A DNA stretch of 64,000 nucleotides from Vicugna vicugna (taxonomy: Eukaryota): positions 124,001 to 188,000 of the forward strand of contig MU057521.1 of NCBI GenBank assembly GCA_013265495.1, in the 5' to 3' direction. The notes below the pieces were generated by a model. The model ran no database searches, was not told the DNA's origin, and saw nothing but the letters and a program-made list of their open reading frames with translations. Both the position numbers and the translations under genes were made by a program. This document shows positions 14,101 to 52,718 of the stretch, one piece after another (within the stretch, counting starts at the first letter, position 1; each line of letters begins with the position of its first letter).

Positions 14101-15679
14101 GTAAGAGTCCAATGAAAGAAATATATAGGTTTTAATAATAGCATCACTATGACTCCTAAGAGAAAAAAAATCATCCTCTTTTCTCCTTGAAGTCCTATCT
14201 AATGTGGCATAATGTAAGAAAGCTTTCACATGCTTTGTAGAGAAAGATTGTTGAGTTTTAATTTCAATTTATATGTGTTTTACAAATGAATGAAATGAGG
14301 CTAAAGCGAAACCACCACCACCACAACATTAATTTCCCTTGGAGCTGAGAGGGTCAGTTTTATGCTCAGTATGTTTAGAAATAAATACCTAATTATCAAG
14401 AGTTAGAACATGAAGGAAAAGAAATGGCATGATAGAGAGTACTGTATGGCTGGAGACCCATTTTCTCAGAATCAGGGTTGTTTGAGCCCTTTTGAGCAGA
14501 GTGCTAGTGGTTACAGTGTGTGAGCAAGGAATAGGTAAGGATGAGGATGAGGATGAGGAAGGGGAGATGGGAACTTTGTCCGATGAACTGTATGTGAGGG
14601 TGTTCTCACAGTGCAAGCAGTGGAGGAACGTGGATGGTTTATCAACAGAGATGAGCAGGTGTCCAGGAGTCATGAGATGAGTGGGTCTTTTCTGAATGAA
14701 GATAATGATATTCCCTCACAGATGTAGTGACACTATTAGAACAAGGAAGCAGCTATAAGTCTCCTTGCAGCTTATTTTTTCTATTTTTCCTACTTGTATG
14801 TTACTTCCACAGTCATCAGTCCATCAGTCCAACTCCACTGGAAGGCAATGAAAGGAGGAAGAAAGGGAAAATATGGTTTTCAAATCATCATATATGTATA
14901 TATTTCTTTGTTAGAGGCTCTAGTGAACTCCTTAATGAGGAAAAAGTTGCAGTAACTGGCCCAGATTAGGTTGAAGTTAGTCGACGGCTTTTGATAATTC
15001 ACAGTATTTTTTCTATTATTATTAGAGTGAATTTTAAGGATTTCTTAATCTTTTTCTAAATTGCACCCAAATGCATAGGATAGAGGCTAATGTATTCCCA
15101 GGTGCTTTTGTTATGTGAATTTTGTTATGTGCTCTTTCATTAACAGGCTCAAAAGTTGCTTAGTAAAAAAAATAAAATAAAAATATTGACTGGCACATTA
15201 TTCAATAGTTCTAAATCCCAAGGGGTAAATTGACATTTGATAAAATTCTTGAGAAATTGTGCACCTGGGAATGGGGTCAGAGGGGTTCAGAAATGATGAT
15301 CATTATGTATCTTTGGATTATTTTAAATTTTAGAGTTTTCAATCCAAAAGCAAAACAGTAATTCCTGTGTTACAGGGAAGTGAATCATACTATTAATATA
15401 CCAATACATTTTTTTCATTTTTACCCTAGAATGTTAATGTACCTCACATTTCACTCTGTAGATAAAAGTTGTCACTGTTAAAGGGAAATTGAAACTCATT
15501 TATTTTTTACATTAAATCATTCTTTTAAAAAGCAAGTGATATTTAAACACAAATACACTACAATTATCTCTCAGTTAACTCTCTAAACAAATAAAAACAT
15601 TGTATCCCTGCCCTTTTGACAAATAATGGAATTGCTCCAAATTCTGTCATCAAAAAAAGGACCTTGGAAGAGTCTATGT

Positions 15680-15685
15680 TATAAA
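15680..15685 (+). promoter_or_regulatory. Candidate TATA box of the GAD3-like gene
   Basis: TATAAA 110 nt upstream of the proposed ATG; the AT-rich background weakens its significance. Confidence 0.45.
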
Positions 15686-15789
15686 TGACAGAAGTTACAC
15701 ATCTTTACTGGTCGAATTCTTTTTCATCACATACAAGCACACTGGCTGCAGGTATTCTCTAAAAGTAGATATTATTTTTTCCACTGTAC

Positions 15790-40378
<24,589 letters not shown>

Positions 40379-41594
40379 TATGTCAGTATGAACTTGAATA
40401 CCAAATGTAAACATGAATTTAAAAGCGTCTACTGCTGAAGATAACAAGAAAGGAATATTTGAAGTGATACCCTCTCTTTTGGAACGTTAATAAGATGAAA
40501 AAGGAATGGGTTCATGGAAGGTAGATAGATGTAGGTAGATTCAAGTTTGTTCATGTATTTGTTACTTTTACTAATTCAACAAAAATTATTGAACATCTAT
40601 TAAATGTCAGGGGCTTTTCTTGGTGTGCTTAGAATACATCAGTAAATGAGAAAGACAAAAATCCCTCCTCTTGTAAAGAAAGAAATTCTACTGTGAACAT
40701 TCAGTAAGTTAACATATATTTACTTACTTGAATTAATTGCATAGGCTTCCTGAGTTGAAATCGTTTTCAGTATCATACAGCAGCATTCTGTATCTGTAAA
40801 AAAGAAAATAATGCATAGGATGTTTTTCTATTTCAGCTAAATTGGATCAATAGAATTTTCTGCATTTTGGAGCAGAGAGTCAGGAAAGGGAATGACAGGG
40901 GCTGATAAATTTGCCTGTTGATTCTTGCATTTTTATTTAAAAGGGACTGTGGCTTCCACCAAGCTTCTATGCAGTGATTTAATTCATTTTTTTTCCTGCA
41001 ACACCATTTTTAATGTTCCTAAAGATCAAGACCTTTAACAATCCTCCAAAAGTATATTAGCCATATTTCACAAAATGGTATTAGGTAGCTCCGTATTGAT
41101 GGTAAAATTAGCGTTTTTCAGCTCCTTTTTCTGAGATAATAGAGTTAATGTTAATTGAGTACTTACTGTGTATCAGATGGTATGCTAAGGATCTTAACTT
41201 ACATGGCCTCATTTATTTCTCTATTAATATTACACTTAAAGTGCTTTATTATCTCCGTTTTGTGAATGAGAGACCAAGATTTAAAGAGTTTAACTAATGT
41301 GTCTAACGGCATGCTGCTGATGAGTAATAAATTCCAAATTCAAAGCTAGCCAGGCTTTTTCTCAAGTGTGTATGACAGAGAGCCTGCCAGACACCTTGCT
41401 GCAATTCACTCACACTACCTACCAGTAGAGCCATTTGTCAAATCACTTGATGAATGCACATCTCTTTTCTTTCCTCTGAAATAGGAATGATAATGATGCC
41501 TGTACCACAGCGATGCTGTTTGAATAACATCAAATGATTATATCAAATATTTTTAAAAAATTGAATCATTCTCTATGTGTTAGCTTTTTCTTTC

Positions 41595-41695
41595 ATGATG
41601 TATGCATAAATCAAATCATCACAATATACACTTTAAATATCTTACAGTTGTAATTGTTAATTATACCTCAATAAAGCTGAAAAAATAAAAAAGAT
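41595..41695 (+). mobile_element. L1 3' terminal fragment with AATAAA
   Basis: atatacactttaaatatctta...ttatacctcaataaagctgaaaaaa. Confidence 0.7.
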
Positions 41696-42220
41696 GTTTC
41701 CTCAGTATACAAAAAAATCAAATAACTTCAAAGGAAGTAGGGATGTTAAGAATTAGTGTTGCATGAGGAGAAAAGTAGAGGGAAATATAGGATTGAATGT
41801 AGAGAGAAATATGAAGAGGGAAAGAATTTGATATAGTATATGTGTTAACTCCTCATTTCTAGCCCATTAACAGTCACTTCCCACCAACAGGCAAAGAGGA
41901 AGGTGGACCCAGTAAGAGACCAGGGGTACTGGCGATGTATAGGCTTAGTGCGTAATTAATTAGTTTTGCTTATTTAATTTTTTATTATGTCAAATAGAGC
42001 CAGAGATTTTAAAATATATATTAGGTACAAATAATGCTCCATAGCATTGCTTTTATTTTTATTAATCATTCAGGATACGACCAAATATTGTCATGATTCT
42101 TTATGACAGAGGACATTGTACCCTCTGTTTTCCAAGCTGTTGCGTTCATTCAAGTTAAAATGCCTGTAAACTTTTATATTTTAGAGATAAAAACACAAGA
42201 ATTAGGGATAGAGATTCTTT

Positions 42221-42700
42221 CTTTTTTAATTGAGAGCTAGTTGCTTTACAATGTTGTATTAGTTTGTGGTATGCAACAGAGTGATTCAGTTATACATACA
42301 TATTCTTTTTCATGTTCTTTTTTATTATATGTTATTATAAGACATTGAATGTAGTTCCCAGTGCTGTATAGTAGGACCTCATTGTTTATCTATTTTATAT
42401 GTAGTAGTTTGTATCTACTAATCCAAAACTCCTAATTTATGCTTCCCTTTTCCTCTTTGGTAACGAAACTTTATTTTGTGTCTTTGAGTCTCTATCTGTT
42501 TTGTACATAAATTCATTTGTATCATTTTTTAGATTCCACATATAAGTGATATCATATGATATTTGTATTTCTGTGTCTGACTTACTTCGCATAATCTGAT
42601 AATCTCTAGGTCTATCCATTTTGCTGCAAATGGCATTATTTTATTCTTGTTTATGACTGAGTAATATTCCATTATGTATTATATATGTATATATATATGA
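42221..42700 (-). mobile_element. L1 3' end (3'UTR + end of ORF2)
   Basis: Colinear with the younger L1 at 52.7 kb (tagattccacatat, gctgcaaatggcatt). Confidence 0.85.
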
Positions 42701-45700
42701 CACATCTAAACTAGTTCAAATCATGGTTTCTTCCAATATCAATTCTATGAATTAAGTGAATGTATTTTTGTAGAGTTTCTAGAAATCTGCAATCTGGTCT
42801 ATTCAGTAGTGTCCTGTTAATAATGAGGAACCTAATAAAAATTGTTCTCTATCATTTTGAGGTATACAACATTTTCAGTTATTTGAATATCTACTTTACA
42901 TGTTGTTGAAAACTCGTAATGTTTAAATTAAAGAAAGGGTAATACTCATTAACCTGTGTCACCTCTCCACCCTTGAACTTGAAGTATTTTTAATTTCATG
43001 GCCAGTCAAAATTATTTTAGCCATAAAACGTTTAACTAGTGTTCCCATTGCTGTATTCTCTCAACCAAGGACCTGACATAGACCTTGAATTACATGAAAT
43101 AATGCATGAATTTGCCGTCTATAACTTATAGGAATTCTATGAAAAGAGATTCCTTTCTTGCTGCTAAGAGACTTAGTTCAACATAAATTTCTTAAAGGGG
43201 TATTACTAAGTTAATTTTTTTCTTTTGAACTTTTTCCAAATATACTGCAATATGTTTTAACATAATGAATAACACTGGTGTAACCAACAGAGATGACTGC
43301 CAGAGAGACTGTGTCTCCAGAACTTAGGGTAGAGGAGGGTAGACCAAAAAGTGAAAATAATTTGTTTTTAAGAAATTTATTTTCAGTTCAAAGTGCGACT
43401 ATAGGATTGTGCACAACATATAGAGAAAACTTGAAACATAAAAGAACCAACATCCAAATGGGGTTCTGAAATAATTTAGATTCTTACCAGGCAGATAATG
43501 TGGAGTGATGATAATCAGAGTTATGTGGAAAATAAAAAATGCTTTCAATAAACAGTTTGATATTGCTGGAGTAGAGTATAAGACACAGAGTTCTGCTATA
43601 AACAACTTGGAAATTATAGGTCCTTAACTTTAGCATTGTGACAATGTGAAAACAAAGTGAATTAAATACGGGGCAGTATAATGAAACTTGTCTCAAAGAA
43701 GGGGAAAAGAAAATACATTGATTTTGATGGTAGTTTCAAGGACAACTTAGAGGAGGAACAAGTCTGGAGCTCAGGACACTAGTTTTAAAGGCTGTTGCAA
43801 TAATCCGAGAAGGATAAGAGCTTAGCAGTACAAGACAATAGGGAATCAAGGGCTATTTAGAAAGTAAAATTTCCAAAGTGCACTGGAAAGATTAAAAAAA
43901 AAGTTTGGAGAATCTGAGGTTTCTAATTTGAGAGACAGCTTAGATCTCAGTAGCTCGATCTAAAAGGGAAAGCCACATTAGCACAATGTCATTGTCCTAG
44001 TTAGCTTACATATAGTAATCAGACTGAGATGTATGGATTTATAGGGCTTAGCTCTCTGGAGAACATCACACAAGCTATGTAGCTATCGAGTATATAATAG
44101 AGATGTTTCATGACTGAAAAAGCTCCCTTCTGTGTAATTAATGTAACATCTTACGTTACTTACAGGCTTCCTAAGTTAGTGTAGTCTGAGCCGGCAAGAA
44201 AGGACCTGGGGAACTGTTGACAATCTCACTCCTCTCTCTACTTTGGGCTTCACAGCTACTTGTATCCTAGAAGCTTTTAGTAAAGCTTCATACTGAATGT
44301 GACCTCTGGTTCAGTTGAGTCTGATTTAACAGTTGGATCCTTTGTAATAACTCAATGATTATCTGATCCAGGAGTCTGAGAAGGAATGTTTGAAGACGCT
44401 GGTCTAAATTAATTCCTTCAATATTTCCAATGCAGCCCTGTAGAAGTAGGTCTGGAATGGAGAAAAGTCATCACCGCACTGGATTGACTCTAAACAGTCT
44501 CATTTTTTGTTGAATCGTAATAGCTCTATGTTCTTAAGTTGTTCAGTTTTTTGTTGGGCTTTTGTCTCAGCTCATTTGGTCCCTGAATTCCTTTTGATTG
44601 CAAAGTCAGTTTTGTTTTGTTTTGTTTTGTTTTTTGCTTGTTTGTTTGGTTTTGTTTTCCCTCTGCTGTCTGGCTTTCACATGAGTCCTCCATCCAGGAC
44701 ACAACTTTCAATGTTTATTCTGCCCAACCAGCCCCTTGCTTTCCCCATGGGCTGCTTGCCCAGCCCATAGCAAGAGACTTGGAATATTGGCTCCAGCCAG
44801 AGGCCATGCCTCACTTGCCACTTTTGTTTGCTATAATTCGAATGGTATCCAACTCTTCCCATCTAAAATGTCCATCTAAATACGTCTGTTTTTTTCCTAC
44901 TCTAAGACCCCAGTGTAGAATGTAGGCACAAATTCTATAGATATTTTATGATAATATTGGAATTTATTAAAATTAAAAAAGTGTGACAAAGAGGTTTAAG
45001 AGCACAGATGCCTGGGGTTGAATCCTAGCTCTGACCCTCGCTAGCAGGTTCCCTGATCTATCTCCCTGTGTTCACTTTCGCCGTGTCTGTAATAAATGGT
45101 ACTCGTGCTTCCTCACTGGTAAATGAATTGGTTTGTGTATATAAAGTTCTTTACACAGTGCCTGGAATTTAGTAGGGCTTCAATTTGTGTTGATATTATT
45201 AATACTACAGACTTCAAAAATGGTTTTTGAGGTAGGTATTTGAACTCACTGTTCAAAACTCATATTCTGTCTGGTTTGTCATTCTGCCTTTCATGCGCAA
45301 AGACTTGTGTTAGAGGCACGATGTGGAACAAATGGACTATAGATGGGCCTGGAAGTGTGAGTAGACATCTGGCAGGTGGCAGCATCAAGAAAGATATGAT
45401 CTGGAACTATGTAAAGTAGAAAGATGTAAAGATTACGAATCTGTTACTTAAGTAAAAGGTATTTCAAATAATTTGACAAAACCAAAAAAATGGAAACATT
45501 TTTCAGCTGTACTGTGGTTTTATAGTTTTATTTCCTGAGTGCCAAGAACACCACCTTTCTGATAGAATGACCAGATTTTATCAGAAAAATGTAACATTAA
45601 TGTAGAAGGAAGAGATATAACTTTATTAAGAAAAGCAGTTATGTTTAAATTTTATCCCTGAATTACCCTGGACCCCTGGTCAGTTTTCCTGTCTGTCTCC

Positions 45701-47209
45701 TACACTTACCGTACCTCACGGGCTCAGTGTCTACCAGGCTGAGATACAGCAAGAATCAAGATTATTTTTGTGACTCCTACTCCCCATGTTGACCGGTATA
45801 AAAAGATGTATGGAGAAATATATGAGTTAGAAATTTTTGAGACAGCAAGCAACAGAATGGATCAAAACAATGAGTGTTCCATTCGCTGAAGTTGGTTCTC
45901 TATTCCCAGTTGCCCAAATAATCTTGGTTGCAGACATCTCACGTACATTTGGAACTTGTACTTGGAACTGACCTGTGATTTCAGATTATCTCTCGGGCAC
46001 CCTGCAGTCCTGTCTGAGAGCATTTTACCACTGTGGTCCCTTGGGAACATTTTAGGACGCATTTAATCTTCCACAGGTAGTAAACACAGTATTTCCAAGT
46101 CTCAGCTCCCCTATTTCCATTTGTCAAATCATTTAAACGTACATAGGAATACAAATGAAGGCGTACATACCCAGTTATCTTTGATTTAGTCATGAGCTAG
46201 AGGTATGACATAATGCATAGTTTATGTTAATTCCCTTTGCCCGGATCACATAGCTCAGGGAATAATCGGCGTAATTAAAAGTACAGCTTCGCTCAACGGT
46301 CTAACTTTAGCACCTGTGCTTTGTTTCAGTGATTTATGGGTAACTTTGAAAATCAACGTTACTCAGCCCCTCTCAAATCCTATGGATTGATCCTTGTGTA
46401 ATTACAGCAAATGCATTCAGTAACTGTGTTATAAATTAAAATTTCCTTTGAACAGCTGATTTATTGTGATCATTCAACAGTGCTGGATTTTTGTTACAAT
46501 GACTCTGTATTGAAAAGTTAATGCCTCTTAGAAATAAGATGACGAAAATGTGAAAATGCCAACTATATAGAGTTGTTTTATAGCTTTGTTAAATTTGGTT
46601 TCTACTTTTTCCTTGATTTCTAAAGTGAAGAACATTTCTGCAGGGTTTTTTCTTTCCCCTTTACATAAAATCATTGTGCTTTCAATTTTATGCTAACTTT
46701 TTCTTCTTAGCCACCTAACTCCAAGGCCATTAAAGGCAGAGGTCTTCCTAATTGAGCATTGTGAGGCAGGGGTCAGTCTAGGATCTGGTCAGGAACCAGA
46801 GGTGCTGGATTATTTGGTGATTGATTCACACACTCACAAGTCCTCACAATAATGCACACCCAAATAAGATCACGTACAAGTAAAGATAGTTTTGTGGACC
46901 TGGCTAAATGTTACTACCTATTTGTGACATTTAGAACTTACTTGTCATGGAACTCAAACAGAAATTTGTTTCTGTTTCCTAAGAATCGTTCATGCTTCAT
47001 AGAGTTATGCGCTCTAAAATTGGCGTAGGAAAAGTATATGTCAAAATATTAGAGACATTTCATTCAAATGAACTAATGTTTACTTATTGCTTTCTTAATA
47101 TCTTTAAAAAATTCTTTGTATTATTATAATTCACACAAAAGCCTGGACTACAGGGCTACTGAGGCAATACCTGTTTGAAAGAAGAATGAAGATTTAAAAG
47201 TGTTTAAAG

Positions 47210-48130
47210 ACAATACAAGATCAAAATACAATTTCATGCCTATACACTAGTAAGTAACAATCAGAAAATAAAATTAAGAAAAAAATTCTGTTTACACAAT
47301 AGCATCAAAACTAAAATCACTAGGGATAAATTCAACAAGAAATTCAAGACAAATGTACAGACGTTTTAAAATATCCTTGAAAGAAATTAAAGACCTAAAT
47401 AAATAGATATATGACTTGCAAACATTTTCTCCCATATCATGGGTTGTCATTTGACTTTCTGGAAGATCAAGAAACACAAAAATTTAAATTGACATGATCC
47501 AATTTTTGTTTTTCTTTTAAAATTTTGTCCCATGTGCTTTTGGTGTCTTTTCTAAGAAACCATTGCCTAAACTGAGGTCACAAAGAGTTACTCTTATGTT
47601 TTCCTCGAAGAGTTTGATAGTTTTAACTCCTATACTTAGGGGATTTTTCTACTTAAAATTCTATTTAAAAAACAATTTTTTATTGAACTATAGTCAGTTT
47701 ACAATGTTATGTTAATTTCTGGTGTACAGCAGAGTGATTCAGTTACATATATATGTAATATATATATATATATATATTATATTCCTTTTCACAGTCTTTC
47801 TCATTATAAGCTATTACAAGGTATTGAATGTAGTTCCCTGTGCTATGCAGCAAGACCTTGCTGCTTGCCTATTTTATGTACAGTAGTTAGTAAAGTAGTT
47901 TGGGATTTGCAGATACTAACTACTGTACTTAGGTTTTTGATCCAGCATTAGTTAATTTTTGTATATGATGTGTGGTAGGAGCCTAACTTTATTTTTCTCT
48001 GTGTGGATATCCACTTGTCTCAGCATCATTTGTTGAAACGAAATTGTTTTGCTGTGCTTTTCAAAAATCGACTGATCGTCAGTGGAAGTATTTATTTCTG
48101 ACTCTTAGTTCTATTCCAGTGTATACTCTC
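47210..48130. mobile_element. Old L1 ORF2 remnant (sense then antisense) with a nested younger L1 tail at ~47641-47925
   Basis: A-rich sense ORF2-like text switches to antisense at ~47416; the insert is bounded by repeated tacttagg. Confidence 0.65.
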
Positions 48131-48380
48131 AGTAAGAAAGACAACCAATTGATTCCTGTAACGATACAGATGACTCAAAATGCATTTTGCTAAGTGAAAG
48201 AAATTATGCACAGATTGTAGAAAAAGGCAAAATTACAGAGACAGAGATCAGATGAATGGTTCCCGGGGTTGCAGGTCTGAGGAATAGGCTGTCTTTAGAA
48301 GGGCAGGCAAGGAACTTGGGATGTGATGAACTATTTTGTGTCATGACTATTATGGTGGATACATTACTCTATGCCTTTGT

Positions 48381-48531
48381 GTTTTTTTAATTTAGTTCTT
48401 TTAATTTAAATTATTTTTCACTAAGGGGGGGATTAGGTTTATTTATTTATTTTTAGAGGAGGTACTGGGGATTGAACCCAGGACCCTATGCATGCTAAGC
48501 ACATGCTGTACCGTGTGAGCTATATCCTCCC
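48381..48531 (-). mobile_element. tRNA-derived SINE (Vic-1-like)
   Basis: gggattgaacccagg B box; perfect 14-bp TSD ctctatgcctttgt (48367-48380, 48532-48545). Confidence 0.9.
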
Positions 48532-50192
48532 CTCTATGCCTTTGTTAAAACCCACAGAACTATACACCACAAAAGGTAAATTTTACTGTTTGTAATTTCT
48601 AAAATAAAAAATAATAGTTTGGAAAATTAAAGTAAAATAATGATTACTTTGTTCTAGATTGCACTCTTCCTTCCTCTGAGTAATACAGTGATTTGATTCA
48701 ATGGCTAGAGAGTCAATTGAAGACAAATAGGAATTAGAAAATTCCACACCCCAGTAAATATTTCAAAAATGCTATTCTGCTCCTATACTACTAAAATTTA
48801 GGGATTCACCATGTTTGTTAGAGGCCTCTTATCAAGTGTATTAATTGGTGTAGCTTATAACATGGATGAACTTTATTTGTACTTTGTTCTGTAGTTAGAA
48901 ACTTCAAGAAGCAAAAATATTAGAATGAAAAAATTCATGAGGGAGTCAACCAAGAAGTAATACTAATTTCAGTTGCCATTTCCATAGTGTTTGGGGTAAA
49001 GATGCCTGTAATTGCTTCTGTTGCTGAAAATGAAGTTTGCAATGATCTATTGATAGCTATTCTTTCATAGCAGAATCACTCATGATAAGATACATGGAGA
49101 CAAAGAACTCACTTGAATATATTCATTAGACATAAATCAAGGAGAGGGAGAGAACAATTTTACAAATATAATTAAAAGAGCCTATATTTTACAAGTAGAG
49201 CCACATGAAAAGTTTCTACTTTGGCAGAAGATCTTAACATCTACTTTGACAGATGATCTGAAGTCTGAAAATAATAGTGAGTCACAAAAATTTGGGAGAA
49301 ATCAGTGTTTAATAGGATCCCATTTAATGGGCTTCTGACTGCTTCTTCTCAAGCAAAAGAAAATAGAGAAGTTTATATTAGAATTTCTCTCCTTCATTTC
49401 AGATGACTGATCACCCAGTGGGTCTTCTATATTTGTTGCCATGACAACAGAGATGGGGAAATAGAGAAACTATTAACTATGTCTCTCTAGATACTCAATT
49501 ATATGTTTGATAGGATGATGTGCTTAATAAAAAGTGACAGTGCAACATATTGCTCCACAGACTCAATCTGGGTTCTCCTTTAGTGCAAGCTGTCTTCCAA
49601 ACCATCCCATCAGTTTTTATGATATCAAACCGTGGTAAACCATTTGCTTTTGATCCAGTGATCCTCCTAGGCTATTGCTTCTTCCGACTACATACATTTC
49701 CACCGTATTCTCCACTGAAGAAGCTACTGTTGTGCCCAGTGTTCAGTTATTACAGGTTTGATGGTTTTCCTGATGCTTGTTCATCTGCAGCAGAAGAGAA
49801 AGTTCTTGCTCAGCTGGCTTGTGGACACAGTGTATTGAGCTATGAATCTTAACCCTGTCTTTATATATATATCCCACTCATAAGAAGTTTTTTCCCAAAT
49901 AATAATGCCTCCTTTTAGAATAGATACTTCTTATACTCAGATGATTAGCTCTTCAAGAATAGGGACTGTCTATGGGATACACTGCGTAACCTGTGTCAAT
50001 GACGTGAGGGTCAAGAATACATTTAATATATGTTTAGCTGTACAAGAGTGATGTTTCAGTCCACCATAGGATGGGGGAATTTAGAATTGTTGTTCTCAAT
50101 GTTATAATCTGTCTCTTCTCATTCTCTGGTCACAGTAGAGAAATAGTAGAGAGAGAGTACAGAATAATTTAATACAAAGAATATATATTACA

Positions 50193-50311
50193 GGGGGGAG
50201 GATATAGCTCAAGTGGTAGAGTGCATGCTTAGCATGCTTGAGGTCCTGGGTTCAATCCCCGGTACCTCCTCTAAAAATAAAATAAAACCTAATTACCTCC
50301 CCCTGCCAATT
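50193..50311 (+). mobile_element. tRNA-derived SINE (Vic-1-like)
   Basis: A box tagctcaagtgg, B box ggttcaatccc; 16-bp TSD with 2 mismatches (50177-50192, 50312-50327). Confidence 0.9.
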
Positions 50312-50681
50312 AAGAACATATACTACATAAACCACACACATATAAAAATTACATAAAATCAGGAGCAATTACATAAAACAAAAGTTAATTCTTTCATTAT
50401 TATACATGGTCCTAAACAGATCATTAATATCCTGAATTCCAAGGTTTATGTGGGTGTATCATGAGGAAGCAAAACTAGAATTTAAAAACTATAGTGACAT
50501 TATCTGATTACTTTTCACACATTACCTTGCCAAGGTTTTTATGGCATCTTCTCAGTCATTAAGTAGTTTTCTATAGTGTTCCATTAAAGAAAGATTACTT
50601 GGCTGGAATTCAGTGCTTTGTGTTTAAATGCTGCTTTGCCTCGGGGTTCTTTAACCCCAGGGCATGACTCCTGGCCCAACC

Positions 50682-50850
50682 CAGTGGTTCTCCAGGGGAA
50701 CTTTAAAAAAAAAAAAAAACAAATGCATGGAACCCACCCAGACAAATTAAATCAGAATTTCTGAGATTGTGATCAGAATTGTTTTTTTTAAGCATCCCCA
50801 GTGATTGTAAAAAAAAAAAACAAAAAAAAACAGTTACAGTTAACTCACTG
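50682..50850. mobile_element. MER5-like hAT MITE remnant
   Basis: cagtggttctc ... aattaaatcagaat ... cactgg termini. Confidence 0.55.
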
Positions 50851-52718
50851 GATTATTAGCCAGTAAAGTTAAATAGAAAAGTCTGACTTCACTAGTTCCA
50901 TCTCAGAACAGCCATCAAGAAATTGGCTAGTTTCTTGAGAGGATGAAGGTACACATTTATATTACACAATATTTTGCTCTACCACATTTGATGAAAGAGC
51001 ATATATTTGCTTTGAGCCTAAATAAAGTGTCCAGTTGACCCAAAGGGCTCATTGTCTGAGCATTTAATATGTTAATAGTATGATTTATGATATTTGGTTA
51101 GATGTTCTAAGTAGAAAAATATGAGATTGTTGAAGAAGGCCTTGTGATATTGAGAGAAGCAAGTCTTCATTGTGGAATGGAAGTAGCTGAATCTATTTTA
51201 ATCATATCTCTCCCTAAATCAGAAAGAGTCATGTAATTTGTAAAACTGTAGAATATAAGTAAAAATTATCTTACAGCTATGTAAGGTCTAGTGTCAGTGA
51301 CTTCCAGTTCAGTTAAAGGGGTTGTATATAGATCACCTATTTTACTTCTCCATAATCTACTGTGTATCCACTAAACTGAGACAACTTAAAACCAACTACA
51401 TTAAAAAAAAAAAAGTGAGATTGATTTATTTAAGCACGGGAAAGGAGAGGAGAGTGGCAACAACTCCTCCTCTTCTCTGTGATTTATTCACCACGTGAGG
51501 TTGCCTCAGGACTGGTTTTGCTCTCCCTCTGGGGAGACGAGACTTGCCACCAAGGAAGAGGTGAGGTCTTCTCCTAGACTCGGCTATGAGGGGGCCGACT
51601 TTCTGTCTGGGAAGAGCTGAAGGAGTGGGTGGGCTCTCCTGGGGTTATCATCATCTCCAGCAGCTGCTGTTCTAGTGACGACTGAAAACATTGTTTTTAA
51701 CGGTTCTCGCGTTCTTTGCTCCTCTTAGACACAGCAGTGCCTCGTTACTCGTGGACTCATTCTATCCATTAGGTGGCACCCTATCTGTGTGGCAGGTGTG
51801 GGAGCGACAGCTCTTTTCAGGATCTGACATAATTTTGGGTCAACTGCTTGGTTGCACTTAGAAAAATAACTGTGTCGTTAAAAAACAACCATCTTTATGG
51901 ACTCTTCATTCTGACCCATGTAAATCAATGTGATTCTCTAAATGATCTGAACCAAAATGTGCTTGATATCTTAATGTAAGTATTTTTATTTCACCAATTT
52001 TACACTATTTGCCTTCACCGTTCATCTGGAAGTTTCCTTCACATAGGCTAACAGATGTTATCCTTCTCATTTTCCATGGCAGAAAGCTTTGCAGTGTGCC
52101 CATAAATATATTAATATACAAGTAACTTAATTTTCATAAACTCAAAACTGTGGCTGTATACCAAAGAAGTAACATATTAACATGGTTATTAAGAATTTCC
52201 ATTTGCCTTTTTCTGAATTTTCTTTTCAACAGTGCTGATTCTTAGAGCTTTATGTCTTGCCAAATTCCCCACATACGAAATTTGTATTTATGTGCCTTTT
52301 GAGATTAGCATAGCCAAGTAACTTGTCTAGGTGAACAAACATGAGTGAAAGTGATGTGAAACTCCTCCTGTGATTGATTGATCTCTTTCTGCTGCCACAG
52401 TGATCAGCATTAGAGCTGGTGGTTGCTCTGTCCGCCTGGGGCCCAGAACAAGACACTGTAGACTAGACACCCAGGTAATCTGCAAGTGTAGTTAAAAGCC
52501 ACTAAGGTTTGGGGGTTATTTGTTACCATCGTGTAATCATTCCTGACTGCTCTCACCATGTAGTTCCCAGGAATTTCAGTGTGCTTTGAATTTTAGCTGA
52601 ATTTATCAGTTAGCCTGTACTTGTCACACAGGTGACTGCAGTTCTTAACTCCTCCTGCTTAATCCTCAGGGGAGGCAATTATGGTGATATCATCACTGTA
52701 AGGCACTAACTGGCTTTT

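Noticed and set aside
50193..50270. tRNA gene
   Set aside because: The tRNA-like head is followed by an A-rich tail and flanked by a TSD, with two other dispersed copies, so it is a SINE.
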